Assembly (NCBI GenBank): GCA_002189035.1
Contig: NEEC01000008.1
Coordinates: forward strand, 2,294,001 to 2,358,000
DNA from: Utricularia gibba
Lineage: Eukaryota > Plantae > Magnoliophyta
Direction of reading: 5' to 3'
DNA length: 64,000 nucleotides
Of the stretch, positions 38,115 to 49,990 are shown piece by piece. The notes under the pieces were generated by a model. The model was not told the DNA's origin, searched no databases, and worked only from the letters and a program-made list of their open reading frames with translations. The stretch's first letter is position 1. Every line of letters starts with the position of its first letter. The position numbers and the translations under genes were made by a program.

Positions 38115-38720
38115 ATGGGGAACAGTTTCGGATGGACGAGGAAGACGGTGAAGGTGATGAGGATCAACGGCGACACCATGAAGCTCAAGGGTCCGGTTCG
38201 GGCGGGGTCTGTCCTCTCGGCCCACCCGAATCACGCGCTGCTCGAATCTGAGGCGGTGAAGTACTTCGGGGTGCGGGCCAAGCCGATGGAGCCGCAGCAG
38301 GAGCTGAAGCCGGGGAGGCTCTATTTCCTAATCGAGTTGCCTAAAATGCCCGCCGATGCGACCATGGGACCGCGGAGAGTGCGGTCCGGAGGGATCCAGA
38401 TGTGCGCCAGGGAGCGGCTTGAGAGCTTGATGCTGGCGCGCCGGTCGGCGTCGGATTTGACGATAATTAAGAACCCACCGCCAATTGCCGCGGAGGATGG
38501 GGTTTCCGGTGGTGGCGGAGGAGGAGGTGTCAGGGTGAGGATGCGGCTGTCCAAGGCGGAGGTCGATAGGCTGGTGGCGGAGAGCAAGGACAGAGCTGAA
38601 GTGGAGTCCAAGATCCTTGATCTTTGTTTGGCTAAAAACGCCGCCGGCCCTCCTCCGATTCAGCATTTCCCGCCGCCAAAACCTCCGGCCGCTGTCAACT
38701 CCCGCGTGGTACGCTACTAA
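38115..38720 (+). CDS. PADRE / DUF4228 family protein
   Basis: Single exon, 201 aa; MGN start (possible myristoylation), KVMRINGDTMKLK, ELKPGRLYFLIELP, RLESLMLARRSASD. Confidence 0.88.
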   Translation: MGNSFGWTRKTVKVMRINGDTMKLKGPVRAGSVLSAHPNHALLESEAVKYFGVRAKPMEPQQELKPGRLYFLIELPKMPADATMGPRRVRSGGIQMCARERLESLMLARRSASDLTIIKNPPPIAAEDGVSGGGGGGGVRVRMRLSKAEVDRLVAESKDRAEVESKILDLCLAKNAAGPPPIQHFPPPKPPAAVNSRVVRY

Positions 38721-40376
38721 ATACAATTATTATATTAACACCATTAGTCTTACTTTGACTCGGTCCATGCTTATATCATGTCGCACCGGTTTAGTGACCC
38801 GGTTTGCAGAATATAAATATTATTCTTTATTCAATTCAAAAAACTTTATTTTCACCCATTTTCCTTATTTTAAAATGAATTTTAATTGTGTGTGTTGCAT
38901 TTTGCAGAGAAGGGTGGGGTTCATGCCCATAACTGAAGGAGAGATTCAGCAGCTTGTGGTAGCCTCATAAGACAACCATGCCACGTGTCATCGTGCTATT
39001 GCTACAAATTTTGCGCATCTCATCCTTGGGACATGACAGGGCAGTGCTCTTTGTTCATGCCACGTGTACTCGCTTCTTGTAGATGTAAATATATAGAGGT
39101 ATTTTTTTTTATCGCAATTTATTTATTATTTTTTTGTAGGCTTGCCACAAAAAAACTCAATTTCATACTTTTATTTATTCATATTTTATATTTATTTTAT
39201 TCTTCAATAAATACAAAAAATGTATATAATATATGTATTTAAATATTTATACAAACTAGCGATAAGGAACCATTAAGTAGGGTTTATTTGTCTTTTGAGC
39301 CGCTAATAGAGCAACCTTTTGGGCCGTCCATATCCTTAATTGGGCTTTTAGTAGGCCCGAAATCAAGATGTATGATACGTGCACCGACAGAGTTTCTTAA
39401 AAAGATCAATTTAACACCCCTCCACCACTTGTTCAATCGAATAAATTGATAGGTTTTATTTCGTTTTTTTTTTCAAAAATACTTTTCAAAATTTATTTTT
39501 AAAACTAAATATTTAATTAAATTTATGTTCTTTTTGAAATAGAATTAATTAATAGCTATCAGGAAATTGGCTTTAATCACAAAAGAATGCCTCTGAAGAT
39601 GATCTTCCGCAAAGGGTAGCAGAAGGAGAAAGGGGAAAGGGCAAAAGGCGTGAGGGATGGCTCGGGTGATCCCCTGCTTTTGGTTTTGTACCCTTTGCAT
39701 ATTCCCATCCCCACGCATGTGCTTTACGCCCACCTTCTTTCTATCTTTTCTTGTTTTTAGTGTGTAGCACACACTGATTCTCATTTTCAAATACCACAAA
39801 TACCTTCATTTTTTCTCTTTAAATTCGTGTCCCTGAAATTTGGCTGTCCTCCACACAAATGTGTTTCTCCTGTCTGGACAATTACTAGAGGAGTGTACGG
39901 TCTTGTCCAAGGAAGGGTCGCAATACCATCCTATATGAATATCAAGTTCGTTAGGGAAGTGAAAGGAGAATAAATTAAGTAGAAATACTATGTAAATCTT
40001 CTTATTTAAATGTCACGTTACTTATGAAGTTGAAAGGAGAACAAATTATATAAAATTATTGGTAAAAAATAAGATAATGTAAAAGATTGATAAATATGTA
40101 TCTCAAATGAATGACATTATACAAAATAAGTTGTATCTCGTATATCAAATTTAATTGATATACATTTTGAATACCATCTAAAATTATCGTTTTGATTTAT
40201 TCACGTGCATATAAAAAATAGTATGCAATATGAAATAAAGTTATATATATCGTGTGTGTAGGTTGGAATGACGCACAAGGAACCGCAACTGCGTTTGGTT
40301 ACGGTTACCCTCATTTGGAGGGTCATTATCCTGCTGCATTTCTCCATCATCTTTCTTTCTTCCTCTCTCGCCAGCC

Positions 40377-40846
40377 ATGGCTTCTGCTCATCTCAACCTC
40401 CTCCGAACCACTGCCCTTCTAATCCTCATCTTCTTCTTGCCCGGCACATCTCCATCCGCCGGAAGGACCCTTCTTCAGGAGGTGTCCAACAAGTGCGGCA
40501 ACTGCCCCTGCGACAAGCCCTGTCTCCCGCCTCCCTCTCCATCTCCCCCGCCACCTTGTCCTCCACCGCCGTCCCCTTCTCCTCCACCACCGTCCCCTTC
40601 TCCTCCCCCTCCTTCCCCGCCGCCAGTCCTGGAGATCCCTCCTCCGAGCTCCACCATATGCCCCCACCACCGCCGCCGCAGGGAGGGTGGCGCCCGCCGA
40701 GCCCGCCTTACTTATACATCAACGGTCCGCCGGGGAACATATACGAGGTGTACCCGTTCAACTCCGCCGTGCACAGAGGACCCTCTGTCGCGGGTGTGAT
40801 TACTGCCGTGATTTTGGTCTCCGCCGTGTGGGCGGTGGCAGGGTGA
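40377..40846 (+). CDS. secreted proline-rich (SPn) protein with hydrophobic C-terminus (apparent 1-nt frameshift at 40661-40665)
   Basis: Signal peptide, CGNCPCDKPC, SPPPP repeats; one extra C joins to YLYINGPPGNIYEV and a hydrophobic tail (156 aa). Confidence 0.8.
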
Positions 40847-42414
40847 CAAACGGGTCGATCGAAGCGATCCCAGAGCCCCCATCCTTACAACAAATGGCTG
40901 TATTTGTAGTATTTCTGTGGTATGTGGCTCGTGGAACCCCATTACATTACAAGTGTTCCCCCAATTTCAACTTCATTCATCCAAAGCAAGTCGCCTTTGT
41001 CCTCCCACTCTTTTCTGCCTGTTTTCTTGTCACCCACCCACCATTTATTTCACAACTATAAAATGGCTTCATAACCACAATATAAAAATCTTGTTTTAAA
41101 ACCTAAACCTTATTCTTCCATCAAATCCAATGTTAACTTGAATTGAATCCATGATTTTAAAACAATGGGTATCACACGCACCTAGATGGAACGAACCCTT
41201 GTCCGGATGTCAAGTCTTATAAATATGATCATCCTACTTTTAGTCTGTGATAAAATTAATTATCATTAATTAAAAAATTTTATTTTAGTGTTTGTATGTG
41301 GTGGTGTCTAATTTTCTAAATGACCCCGTGATTATCACTAAACATGTAATCAAGAAAATGATGATTAGTGTGTGGAGATGATAAGATTAGGGATGTCCAA
41401 CTTGACGTGGAACTTTTAGAGTTGTCTATGCCGTACACATGGGTTGCATCACAATTTTTTTTAATTTAATTAAATTGCAGTACAATTTTGTGTATAGTTA
41501 AATTGGTATTTGTATACCTTTATGTTTTTTTTAATTAAATTATAATAATATATGAAACTGTCGTATCGGCAATCGTGAAGGTTTCTTAGGGTCCAATTAA
41601 ATTTTGTCGTTTGTTTATTTAAAAGTGAGAAATAGTAAAATCCAAATATTGTAATCAATCAAGTTTCAGTCCCTAGAAAAGATGTAGAGGGACCCGACCC
41701 CCATTTTCTTATGGAAAGCAACGTGTAACTCCATGATTGGACGGTATTAAAACGACAGAAAAATATTTTAATATTTATTATCATTATTCTAATAAACCTA
41801 AAAATTATCTTTATCTTAGCAGCATGGGCCGCCCGCTCCTTTCCCTGGTGAAGCCCAAAACCACGAGGCCCAATTCCAAAAGACTCTTCTTCCTTTTCTT
41901 CACACACACACACATCACACATTACATACATATGTTAATTGTTATGTCCTAAGACGATATGATCCAATGCGAAACGAGTTCAACATATAGTCGATCGAGC
42001 CCATGGGTTCATATCAAGATTGGTACGGGTACGGGTGCGGGTACGGGCATGGGTAGGACCTTGGATCATAACACAAATGTAAATGTGGTATGGGAGAGCA
42101 TATGTGTGTAAATCACCATGCCTCCCAAGTGGTTGCTTGGTGGACCAGATGCCCAATTTTCCCCCAACTGCTGAAGCATCAGATTGGTCCAACACGGGGG
42201 TGTTTAAATTGCACGTGGGCCCAATTTCAGTGCAAAACACATCAGATTGCGTAGTGAGTCCAATCCAATGTTTTAAAATTAATTCATTTATTATTAAATA
42301 AAAAAAGGTAAATGCGGGAAATAATTAAAATAGGTACACATATTATTATTATGATGATGATTAAATAGTGCATAACAAATAGCGGGTAATATTTCTGTTT
42401 TTTGGTTTTGTTTT

Positions 42415-43932
42415 CTAGTGCGCCCTGGTACGGATTCTTGCGCGCAAGCTCTTCTTCATCACGACGGTGAACTCCAGCTTCTCGGACCAGTCAACTTCCT
42501 TGGCGTTCTCGGCGAGAGACCACTCGAACTCCTGCACCATTCTGGCGATCATGAGATTCACGTGGAGCATCGCCATGCTGAGTCCAGGGCAGATCCGCCG
42601 GCCCATTCCGAAGGGGATCATTTTCACGCCGCCCGCGCCGGTCATGTCCGCCGTCTCCCGCCCTTTGAAGAATCGGTCCGGGTCAAACGTATCCGGATCT
42701 GACCAGATATTCGGGTCATCTCCGATTGCAGGGAGGAAGATTTCAACATTGGCGTCCGTTGGGATGTCGTAGCCGCCGAGCGTCGCCGGTTCTGTGACGG
42801 CGTGTGTCAGGGAGAAGTATGTGGGTGGGTGCTTCCTCATGAGCTCTTTCACGACGGCGTTGAGATACGGGAGATTTTCGATGTCTTTGTCGGTTACTTT
42901 CCTGTCTCCGACGACGCTCTGGATCTCGTCGTGTAACCGGATCTGGATCTCTGGGTTTTCGATTAACCGTGCGAAGGCCCATTCCACGGCGGTGGCGGTG
43001 GTGTCCGTACCGCCGTTGAGGAATTCCGAGCAGAGGGTCACGATTTCTGGGATTGTCGGGGACGATTTGCGGCCTTCAACTTCGATTTCGAACAGGGTGT
43101 CGAGGTAGGAGAATGAGGCGGCGGAGTTGTCGGACCCTGGGTTTCGCACGGCGTTCCTCCGACGCTCAATTAACGGAAGAAGCATCTCGATCTGCTGCTT
43201 TCGAACCGCATGAACGTTCCTTCTTTCCTTGGAGAAGAAGGGACTCAAAAGCGGGAGATAATCATCCAATCTCGGAATCACGACCATGAGCACAGTCTTC
43301 ATCATCAAATCGATCTTGTCCACCATCTCCTCGTCCAATCGGAGCCCGAAACACATCGATAAAAGTATACAGAACACCGCGAAACGGGCGTTTTTAAGCA
43401 CCCAAACGACGCCGTCGTTGGCCGCCGCCTCTTCCTTGAGCCTATCCATGAGTTTCTCCATCGCCGCTTCTCTGGCCCACCGGAACTCCCTCAGCCGCGC
43501 GGCGGAGAGCATGTTCTGAACCATATTCCGCCGCAGGGACCTCCAGACGGGGCCGTAAACCGCCGCATTGACAGTAAACTTGTCGCAACTGAAAATCGTC
43601 CTCGTCGGAGTCTCCCTCGGCCTGCTGGCGAACACCTGGCCCTTCTCCACCAATGCCTCATGCACCAAGTCAGCACTGCTGAGGATAATCAGAGTCCTGG
43701 TTCCCATCTTCAAGGTCATTATCGGCCCGTACTTGGGAATCAACTCCCGAACATACTCAAAAAACTCCTTCCCTGAGCTCGCAACCTGAAACAGATTGCC
43801 GACCACCGGGTACCCCGGCGGCCCCGGCGGAAGATTCACCTTTCTCCCCGACAGCCTCCCAGAGAAGACGGCGATGACGAGGGTCACAACCAGCGCCGCC
43901 GCACAGAAAAACATCGCCGAAGAAGCATCCAT
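42415..43932 (-). CDS. CYP77A: cytochrome P450, CYP77A subfamily (fatty-acid in-chain hydroxylase/epoxidase type)
   Basis: Intronless 505 aa; LPPGPPGYPVVGNL, FASRPRETPTRTIFSCDKFTVNAAVYGPVWRSLRRNMVQNML, GGTDTT, ELMR, PFGMGRRICPG; TATAAA at 44002-44007 supports this ATG. Confidence 0.93.
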   Translation of the reverse strand: MDASSAMFFCAAALVVTLVIAVFSGRLSGRKVNLPPGPPGYPVVGNLFQVASSGKEFFEYVRELIPKYGPIMTLKMGTRTLIILSSADLVHEALVEKGQVFASRPRETPTRTIFSCDKFTVNAAVYGPVWRSLRRNMVQNMLSAARLREFRWAREAAMEKLMDRLKEEAAANDGVVWVLKNARFAVFCILLSMCFGLRLDEEMVDKIDLMMKTVLMVVIPRLDDYLPLLSPFFSKERRNVHAVRKQQIEMLLPLIERRRNAVRNPGSDNSAASFSYLDTLFEIEVEGRKSSPTIPEIVTLCSEFLNGGTDTTATAVEWAFARLIENPEIQIRLHDEIQSVVGDRKVTDKDIENLPYLNAVVKELMRKHPPTYFSLTHAVTEPATLGGYDIPTDANVEIFLPAIGDDPNIWSDPDTFDPDRFFKGRETADMTGAGGVKMIPFGMGRRICPGLSMAMLHVNLMIARMVQEFEWSLAENAKEVDWSEKLEFTVVMKKSLRARIRTRAH

Positions 43933-44672
43933 TAACGCAAAAGCTCTGCTGTGTCCGCTCCGCTTAAAATGAAAGCAGTAGCAGTGACGCTGGCGTCTTC
44001 CTTTATAACTACTCCGTGCGGTAATTTTTGTAGAGCAGTCCCCGCCCCGCCCCCCGGCCTCCCTCCATAATGCGATTCTGCTCATGTCCCATGACACGTA
44101 ATCTAAGACTAGACTAGATGCAAGTACGGGCACCAAAACTCCCCTTCAAAATACATACATTGGGATTATTTCAGAAAAATACATAATAAATGGGTTTTTT
44201 TTTTCTTTTTTGGATGAATTAAACTGGCGGCTGAAGGGGGAATTAAAATATTCCACCCGACATATTTTCAAAAATAAAAAATAAAAAAAAGAGGTGGCGT
44301 GATTACAACAGCCCATGTAGTAATCAGTGTCCTGTCCACTAAACTCCCAAACGTCCATTTCAGGTTTCACCAAGATTTAGTGGCATTAATTAACCCCATA
44401 AATAGATAGGAAACCGCGTGTCTCGTTTAATCCGGTGTATTAGCCACTCCATTTTGAATGTATTTTTAGTGTGCAAGAAAAATGGATACTGTATGTGTAA
44501 AATTTTGATCGTCACGAAATGAATAATTTTCTAAATGATCCCATTTAATTCCGATAATAGTGACAAAAAATTGCAATTAAGGGTGTGTTTAGTAGCTCCA
44601 ATACTAAAACGTGACATACCAAAATGCAATATAAATTATATTAAATACGTTATAAATTATGTCTGAATGGTG

Positions 44673-44693
44673 GTAGTAGTAGTAGTAGTAGTA
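44673..44693. repeat. (GTA)7 microsatellite
   Basis: Directly visible. Confidence 0.85.
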
Positions 44694-45719
44694 TGAGTTT
44701 TATATGTGATTGGTAAAATATGAACGTTATGAAATCAAATTTGTTATCAAATATGAATGATTTTTATTCTAACAAAATAGTCTTAATATTCTTCTGAATT
44801 TGACAGGTATGTACAATGCGGAGTGAAGAAAAAAATAACAGTTGACCGGACACGTTGTCTGTAAAGAGTCGTTATTTTTTTTTAACACTTTTGACCCTGG
44901 TGGGGGAGTAGAAAACAATTAAAAAAAACGTTGTGGGGGGTTTTTGTGAAAAAAAAAGAGAGAAATGAATGAAGATAAGGTAAATGTGACGCGGTGCATT
45001 TAATGGAGCGCAACTGCAGTTGGAGGACAGCGGTTATATTACATTCATTGTAACAGCAGAAGAACAGAATCCCACTCAGCCGCGGTATTTCTCTTTCTGT
45101 GTTCGGCAATAATGAAGTCACTGCTCCTGTAATTTCCAGTGCCCACGGGGAAGAAGAAGCAGAAGTTGGTTGACAACCGGAAAGTAGAGGATTTTAGAGG
45201 ATGATGCTTGGGTTGTAATATTATTGATTTATTATTGTTGGATGATGAGGAGGGGAGGGGAGGGAGGGGGGGATCTGTGATGAAGTAAATGAAGAGTAAT
45301 GGTGAAGAGGAGGGGGCCGGTGAGGCATCCGCCTACTTATTTACTACCCTACAATGAATGTCACCCGCAGGCAGCAGGCGCAAGATCAGAAGAACACAAC
45401 ACACTCCCCTCCTCCATTCCCAGTAGCATTTCATGCAGCCCATCTCCTGAACAACGATGGGGTGGGATCGAGTTGGGTCCTTTTTTTTACATGGGTTTAG
45501 TAGTTTCAGTGAGTGCAGAGCAGAGCAGTTGCTGATGCAAGAGTTGGAGACAGTTTGTGGAAGCGCATTGCATTGCGTTGCACAGTGGGCGTGAGTGAGT
45601 GAGTGGAGTGGGGTTGTGGCGTCTGAAATAAATGGGGGTAGTGGAGTGTATAGTACCATGTCTAAATTATTCCCGAATCGCAACAGACAAAATAATTAAA
45701 CAATTGAAGAAACCAGAAA

Positions 45720-45846
45720 GGCAGATGATGATGACACCGCTGGCCTGTTGACTGCGCTTCAATGCCAATGAACCGAGCCGGTTCAGTGATCCGCTCCATG
45801 AATCGGATCAGTAGCCCAATCTCGGCCTTGCTGCTGGACTGATGCC
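45720..45846 (+). ncRNA. candidate box C/D snoRNA (no target identified)
   Basis: GGCA-g-ATGATGA ... CTGA-TGCC: canonical kink-turn geometry with a 4-bp terminal stem; overlaps site II promoter motifs, so may be chance. Confidence 0.28.
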
Positions 45847-47013
45847 CGCCCGGCCCAAACCCAACCTTCGTCTGGGTTTGGGCTTCTATCGTCTGTTCCC
45901 CGTTTGGGCGGCCCATTTATGCAAAAATTGTTTTAAATTTGAATTCTTAGTCGAAATTTTACATCATAAATCAATAATGTGACTCGAATATTAATAAAAG
46001 TGAAGTTTACATTTGAATTTGAATTATTAAACACATATCTCAAACACGATAAATTATATTATTTTAAACACACGTACATAAAATTCATACTTTCAATTTA
46101 AATTATATGTTCTGTAGCTATCTAAATACAAATAACTCAAAATTATATTATTAATTAAAATATCTTAACACAAACCGCGTGTTACGTGTTTGGAGTGGCT
46201 ACGTAACAAGGGCGGGGCATTCATTCAAGAAAGTAGGTGGCGGGTAGTGAGTTGTTAGTTGTTAGATACAAACTTAATAGTCTCCAGAAACATCCACTTG
46301 GTCGGTCCGAAGACTCCATCGGGATCGGTCTTGGTGTGGGGGCAGAGCTTCTTTTCCACACAAAAGTATCACCTCATTCCCTGTTCATATACATATACAA
46401 CATAGATTAGGTAGCATGATCCTATCATCTTTGCCGAAATAGATATTATGGAAAGTGTTCGGAAATTAATGCACATGATGAAACTCATTAATATGTTTTT
46501 TTGTCGAGCACAAATACCACGGCGCGACGGCACATTGTAAGAACATAAGGATACTCAACTCTTGTCCAACTCTTGCACAAATACCGGGTTTCAAACTACG
46601 AGGGAAGGATACTCTTCTTCATGGGATGCTGAGAAGACTCTGCTTTCAAACTTATTTTTTCCGGAGAGTTGAACCCAATTATGGTGGGAAAAATACGTAC
46701 CCTTCTTTGTGTGTGAAAAAAAGTAAAGATGTTATGTATAAAAAATTGATCGTAATACGTGAAAAAGAATGCTTTTCTAAATGGTATTGTATCGTACTTT
46801 ATATCAAAGGAACCCTCAAGGTGAATATCAATTTCAATGTAATATTGTGTAATGTGGAACAATCATTTGATATCTTGTAAACACAAATTGCGTCTTGTTG
46901 GTAGACACGTGAGCGTTGGTTGTAATACCATCCTTTATATATAAGAAAACGGAGCTTTGAGTCTTGTGCCACAACGGGAGTAGTCGTTTCTTTGAATCTC
47001 ATATCGGGAAACG

Positions 47014-49246
47014 ATGTGGTTGCTCACAGCGGCAGGGATCATCTTCGTGGTGTTTCTGATACGTTATGTGGTGAGGGTTTCGGCCGACAGAAGAGAGAGT
47101 TGCTGCTACATGTTGAACTACGAATGCTACAAACCAACTGACGGAAGCGAGAGGAAGCTGAGCACCGAGTCTTCATGCAGAATTGTGACCCGCAACCCGA
47201 GTCTGGGGCTCGAGGAGTACAGGTTCCTTCTCCAGACGATGGTCAAAGCTGGGATCGGAGAAGAGACCTACTGCCCTAAGAACGTCATCGCCGGGAACGA
47301 ACGGGACCCCACTTTGGTGGATGCCCTCGAGGAGATGGACGACATATTTTTCCAAACCATCGACCGGGTTATCCAGAAGGCGGGTATCGTTTCTCCGGCG
47401 GATGAGATCGACATTCTCGTCGCGAACGTCTCTTTGCTATCGCCTGCGCCGTCCCTTACCGCCAGGGTCATCAACAGGTACAACCTCCGAAGTATAATCA
47501 AATATTCATACACGTAAAAATTCAAGAGAGGTCTTCCCCCCTCCTCTCGTCAAACTCTGGAAAATGTTCTATTTTGTTATCAGTTTTGGATTTGCAGTTT
47601 TTATGTTGAAGCTTTTTGTGTTATAATTCAAGTTCTTGAACACTTGGATTCATAGTTGTTTTTTTTGTTTATTAAGACTTGGTGATTTTTGTCTCCCTTT
47701 TAACATCGTTCTTTCACCTCGTTTCTAACACTTCTATACCATCGGCATCAGGTACAAGCTAAGAGATGATGTGAAGGTGTACAACCTCTCCGGGATGGGA
47801 TGTAGCGCGAGCGCGGTGGCGGTGGACCTCGTGAGTCAGCTTTTCAAGGTGCACCGAAGACAGGTGGCGTTAGTCGTCAGCACGGAGTCTCTAGGACCCA
47901 ACTGGTACTGCGGCCGTGAGAAATCCTTCATGCTCTCGAACTGCTTGTTCCGGTCCGGCGGATGCTCCATGCTTCTGACGAACGACCCCACCAGAAGAAA
48001 CAAAGCCATAATGAAGCTCACACACTCCATACGGACGGATATTGGGTCCAACGACGACGCCTACGAGTGTTGCATACAGGTAGGCTCTGTAAAAGAAACA
48101 TAAGTGATGCAACTTTCTAAATGGTATCCAAACTATTTTGATAAAGGTGGAAGACAAAGAAGGGTATCGAGGATTCCGGCTGACGAAGAAGCTGACCAAA
48201 GCGGCGGCGCAGGCCTTTGTGATCAATCTGCAGGTGTTGGCGCCGCTGATTTTGCCACTGTGGGAGCTTCTGAGGTGGATCGTCGTGGCCTATCTCCCAT
48301 GGTGGTGGAGGAAAACAATGACCAGGAGATCTTCCTCCTCCTCCACGGCTCCTGAGCCTCTGGGAAGCGTCCCCAGTCTTAAGACCGGGATAGAACATTT
48401 TTGCATACACCCCGGCGGCAGGTACCAACCTTACCCAAACCCTATAAAAACGGAAAGCTTGCACCTTTTCTTCGTTTAACCATCAGAAGGGAGGGAGCAT
48501 AGAAAATCTTTACTACCACTGTGTCTGTCTGTAGCATATAAGAGAATACCTGAAACGGGGGGCGACACCCCTTAACCCCCACAACACCTAATTCATTTTA
48601 GGCGATGAGGGTGATAGCTACATGAGAGGTACACATCCGTCACAAAATCTTCCTTGCGGACCACTTACTGGATAAGTCCGATTGCCTTGAAAAACTTCCA
48701 GACACATGGTACCGAAGTGGGCGGTTACTCAAATGTAGAATCCATTTAACCGTCGCATCATTCACTAGTTACTATTCACCTGTTGGGTAGCCTGTGTTTA
48801 AGCGATGCTGATTTCACCTGCTGTTGTGTGTGTGTGTGTGTGTTGGCAGAGCTGTGATTGATGGAGTCGGGAGGAGCTTGGGGCTGACGGAGTACGATCT
48901 GGAGCCGGCGAGGATGACGCTGCACCGGTGGGGCAACACTTCGGCGGGGGGGCTGTGGTACGTGCTGGGCTACATGGAGGCCAAGAAGCGGCTGAAGAAA
49001 GGAGACAGGATACTGATGATCAGCTTGGGGGCGGGCTTCATGTGCAACAACTGCACTTGGGAGGTGATCGGAGACAACATGAACGATCCCAACGTGTGGG
49101 CGGATTGCCTCGACAAGTACCCGCTGTCCAAGGCCGGATTGGTGAACCCTTTCGCCGACAGATTCGATTGGCTCAACGACGAATGCCTGGGCTTCGTCAG
49201 GCTGGAGCACTCCGCCTTCCATTTCAGCAGCGCCGGCTCGGCCTAG
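47014..49246 (+). CDS. KCS: 3-ketoacyl-CoA synthase, KCS3/12/19-type (closest recalled: KCS19)
   Basis: Exons 47014-47477, 47752-48079, 48147-48421, 48850-49246 give 487 aa with catalytic Cys (GMGCSAS), His (HPGG) and Asn (GNTSAGG); TATA at 46934-46944. Confidence 0.93.
48825..48842. repeat. (TG)9 microsatellite at the 3' end of KCS intron 3
   Basis: Directly visible. Confidence 0.85.
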
Positions 49247-49990
49247 CTCTTCACTTCATTTCCCTGCACACTACTCATCATATATACATACACCTGTACC
49301 GAGAATGTAAGAGAATCTCAAGAAGAAATTTAGTGTCTGCATCCGTGTAATTTGAAATAGTTTAAAATAAAAGTTTTATTATTCAATACAAATAGTTTAT
49401 TTAAAAAATGCTTACCACAGTTTTAACATTTCTAGAATTCATTAACTTTTAAAACAAAATGTCCACGATGCGTTTGATTTTTGTACTGAGAATTCCCCTG
49501 GACAGCATTTGAATAAGTTCTTGACAAGCATGACTTCATAGGATAAATATTTTTAGCAAGTAAACATAAAAACACAATACCCATATCATTTTCACATTCA
49601 AAGAGTTGCAAGGATGAGGCATGGATTTGCTGGATCATTATTTGACAGCAAACTGACCACAGCCTTTCCCTCCAAGACTAATCAACTTGGTAAAACACAA
49701 TCTGGGGTGTAATATTGAAAGAAAACTATACAATATAAATCATGTAGCACAATACTGCACACTCACATGCAAGAAACATTGACAGAATGAGGCTCACGCA
49801 GAAGACAGTGCATCCACATTTATTGCAGGCTTCGAGGAAGGCACACACAACCAACTCTGTCAACAACGAACGCGTTCAACACTTTGCTGAACAAAACAAG
49901 TAGCGTACAGCAGATGACATATCAAAGATTAGATTCCAGAAGTTTACAAATGACAAGGAAGAGATATTACCTTATCCACCATGACGCTTT

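Noticed and set aside
43933-44136. 573-aa version of CYP77A
   Set aside because: Non-ATG start, and the TATA box lies inside the extension.
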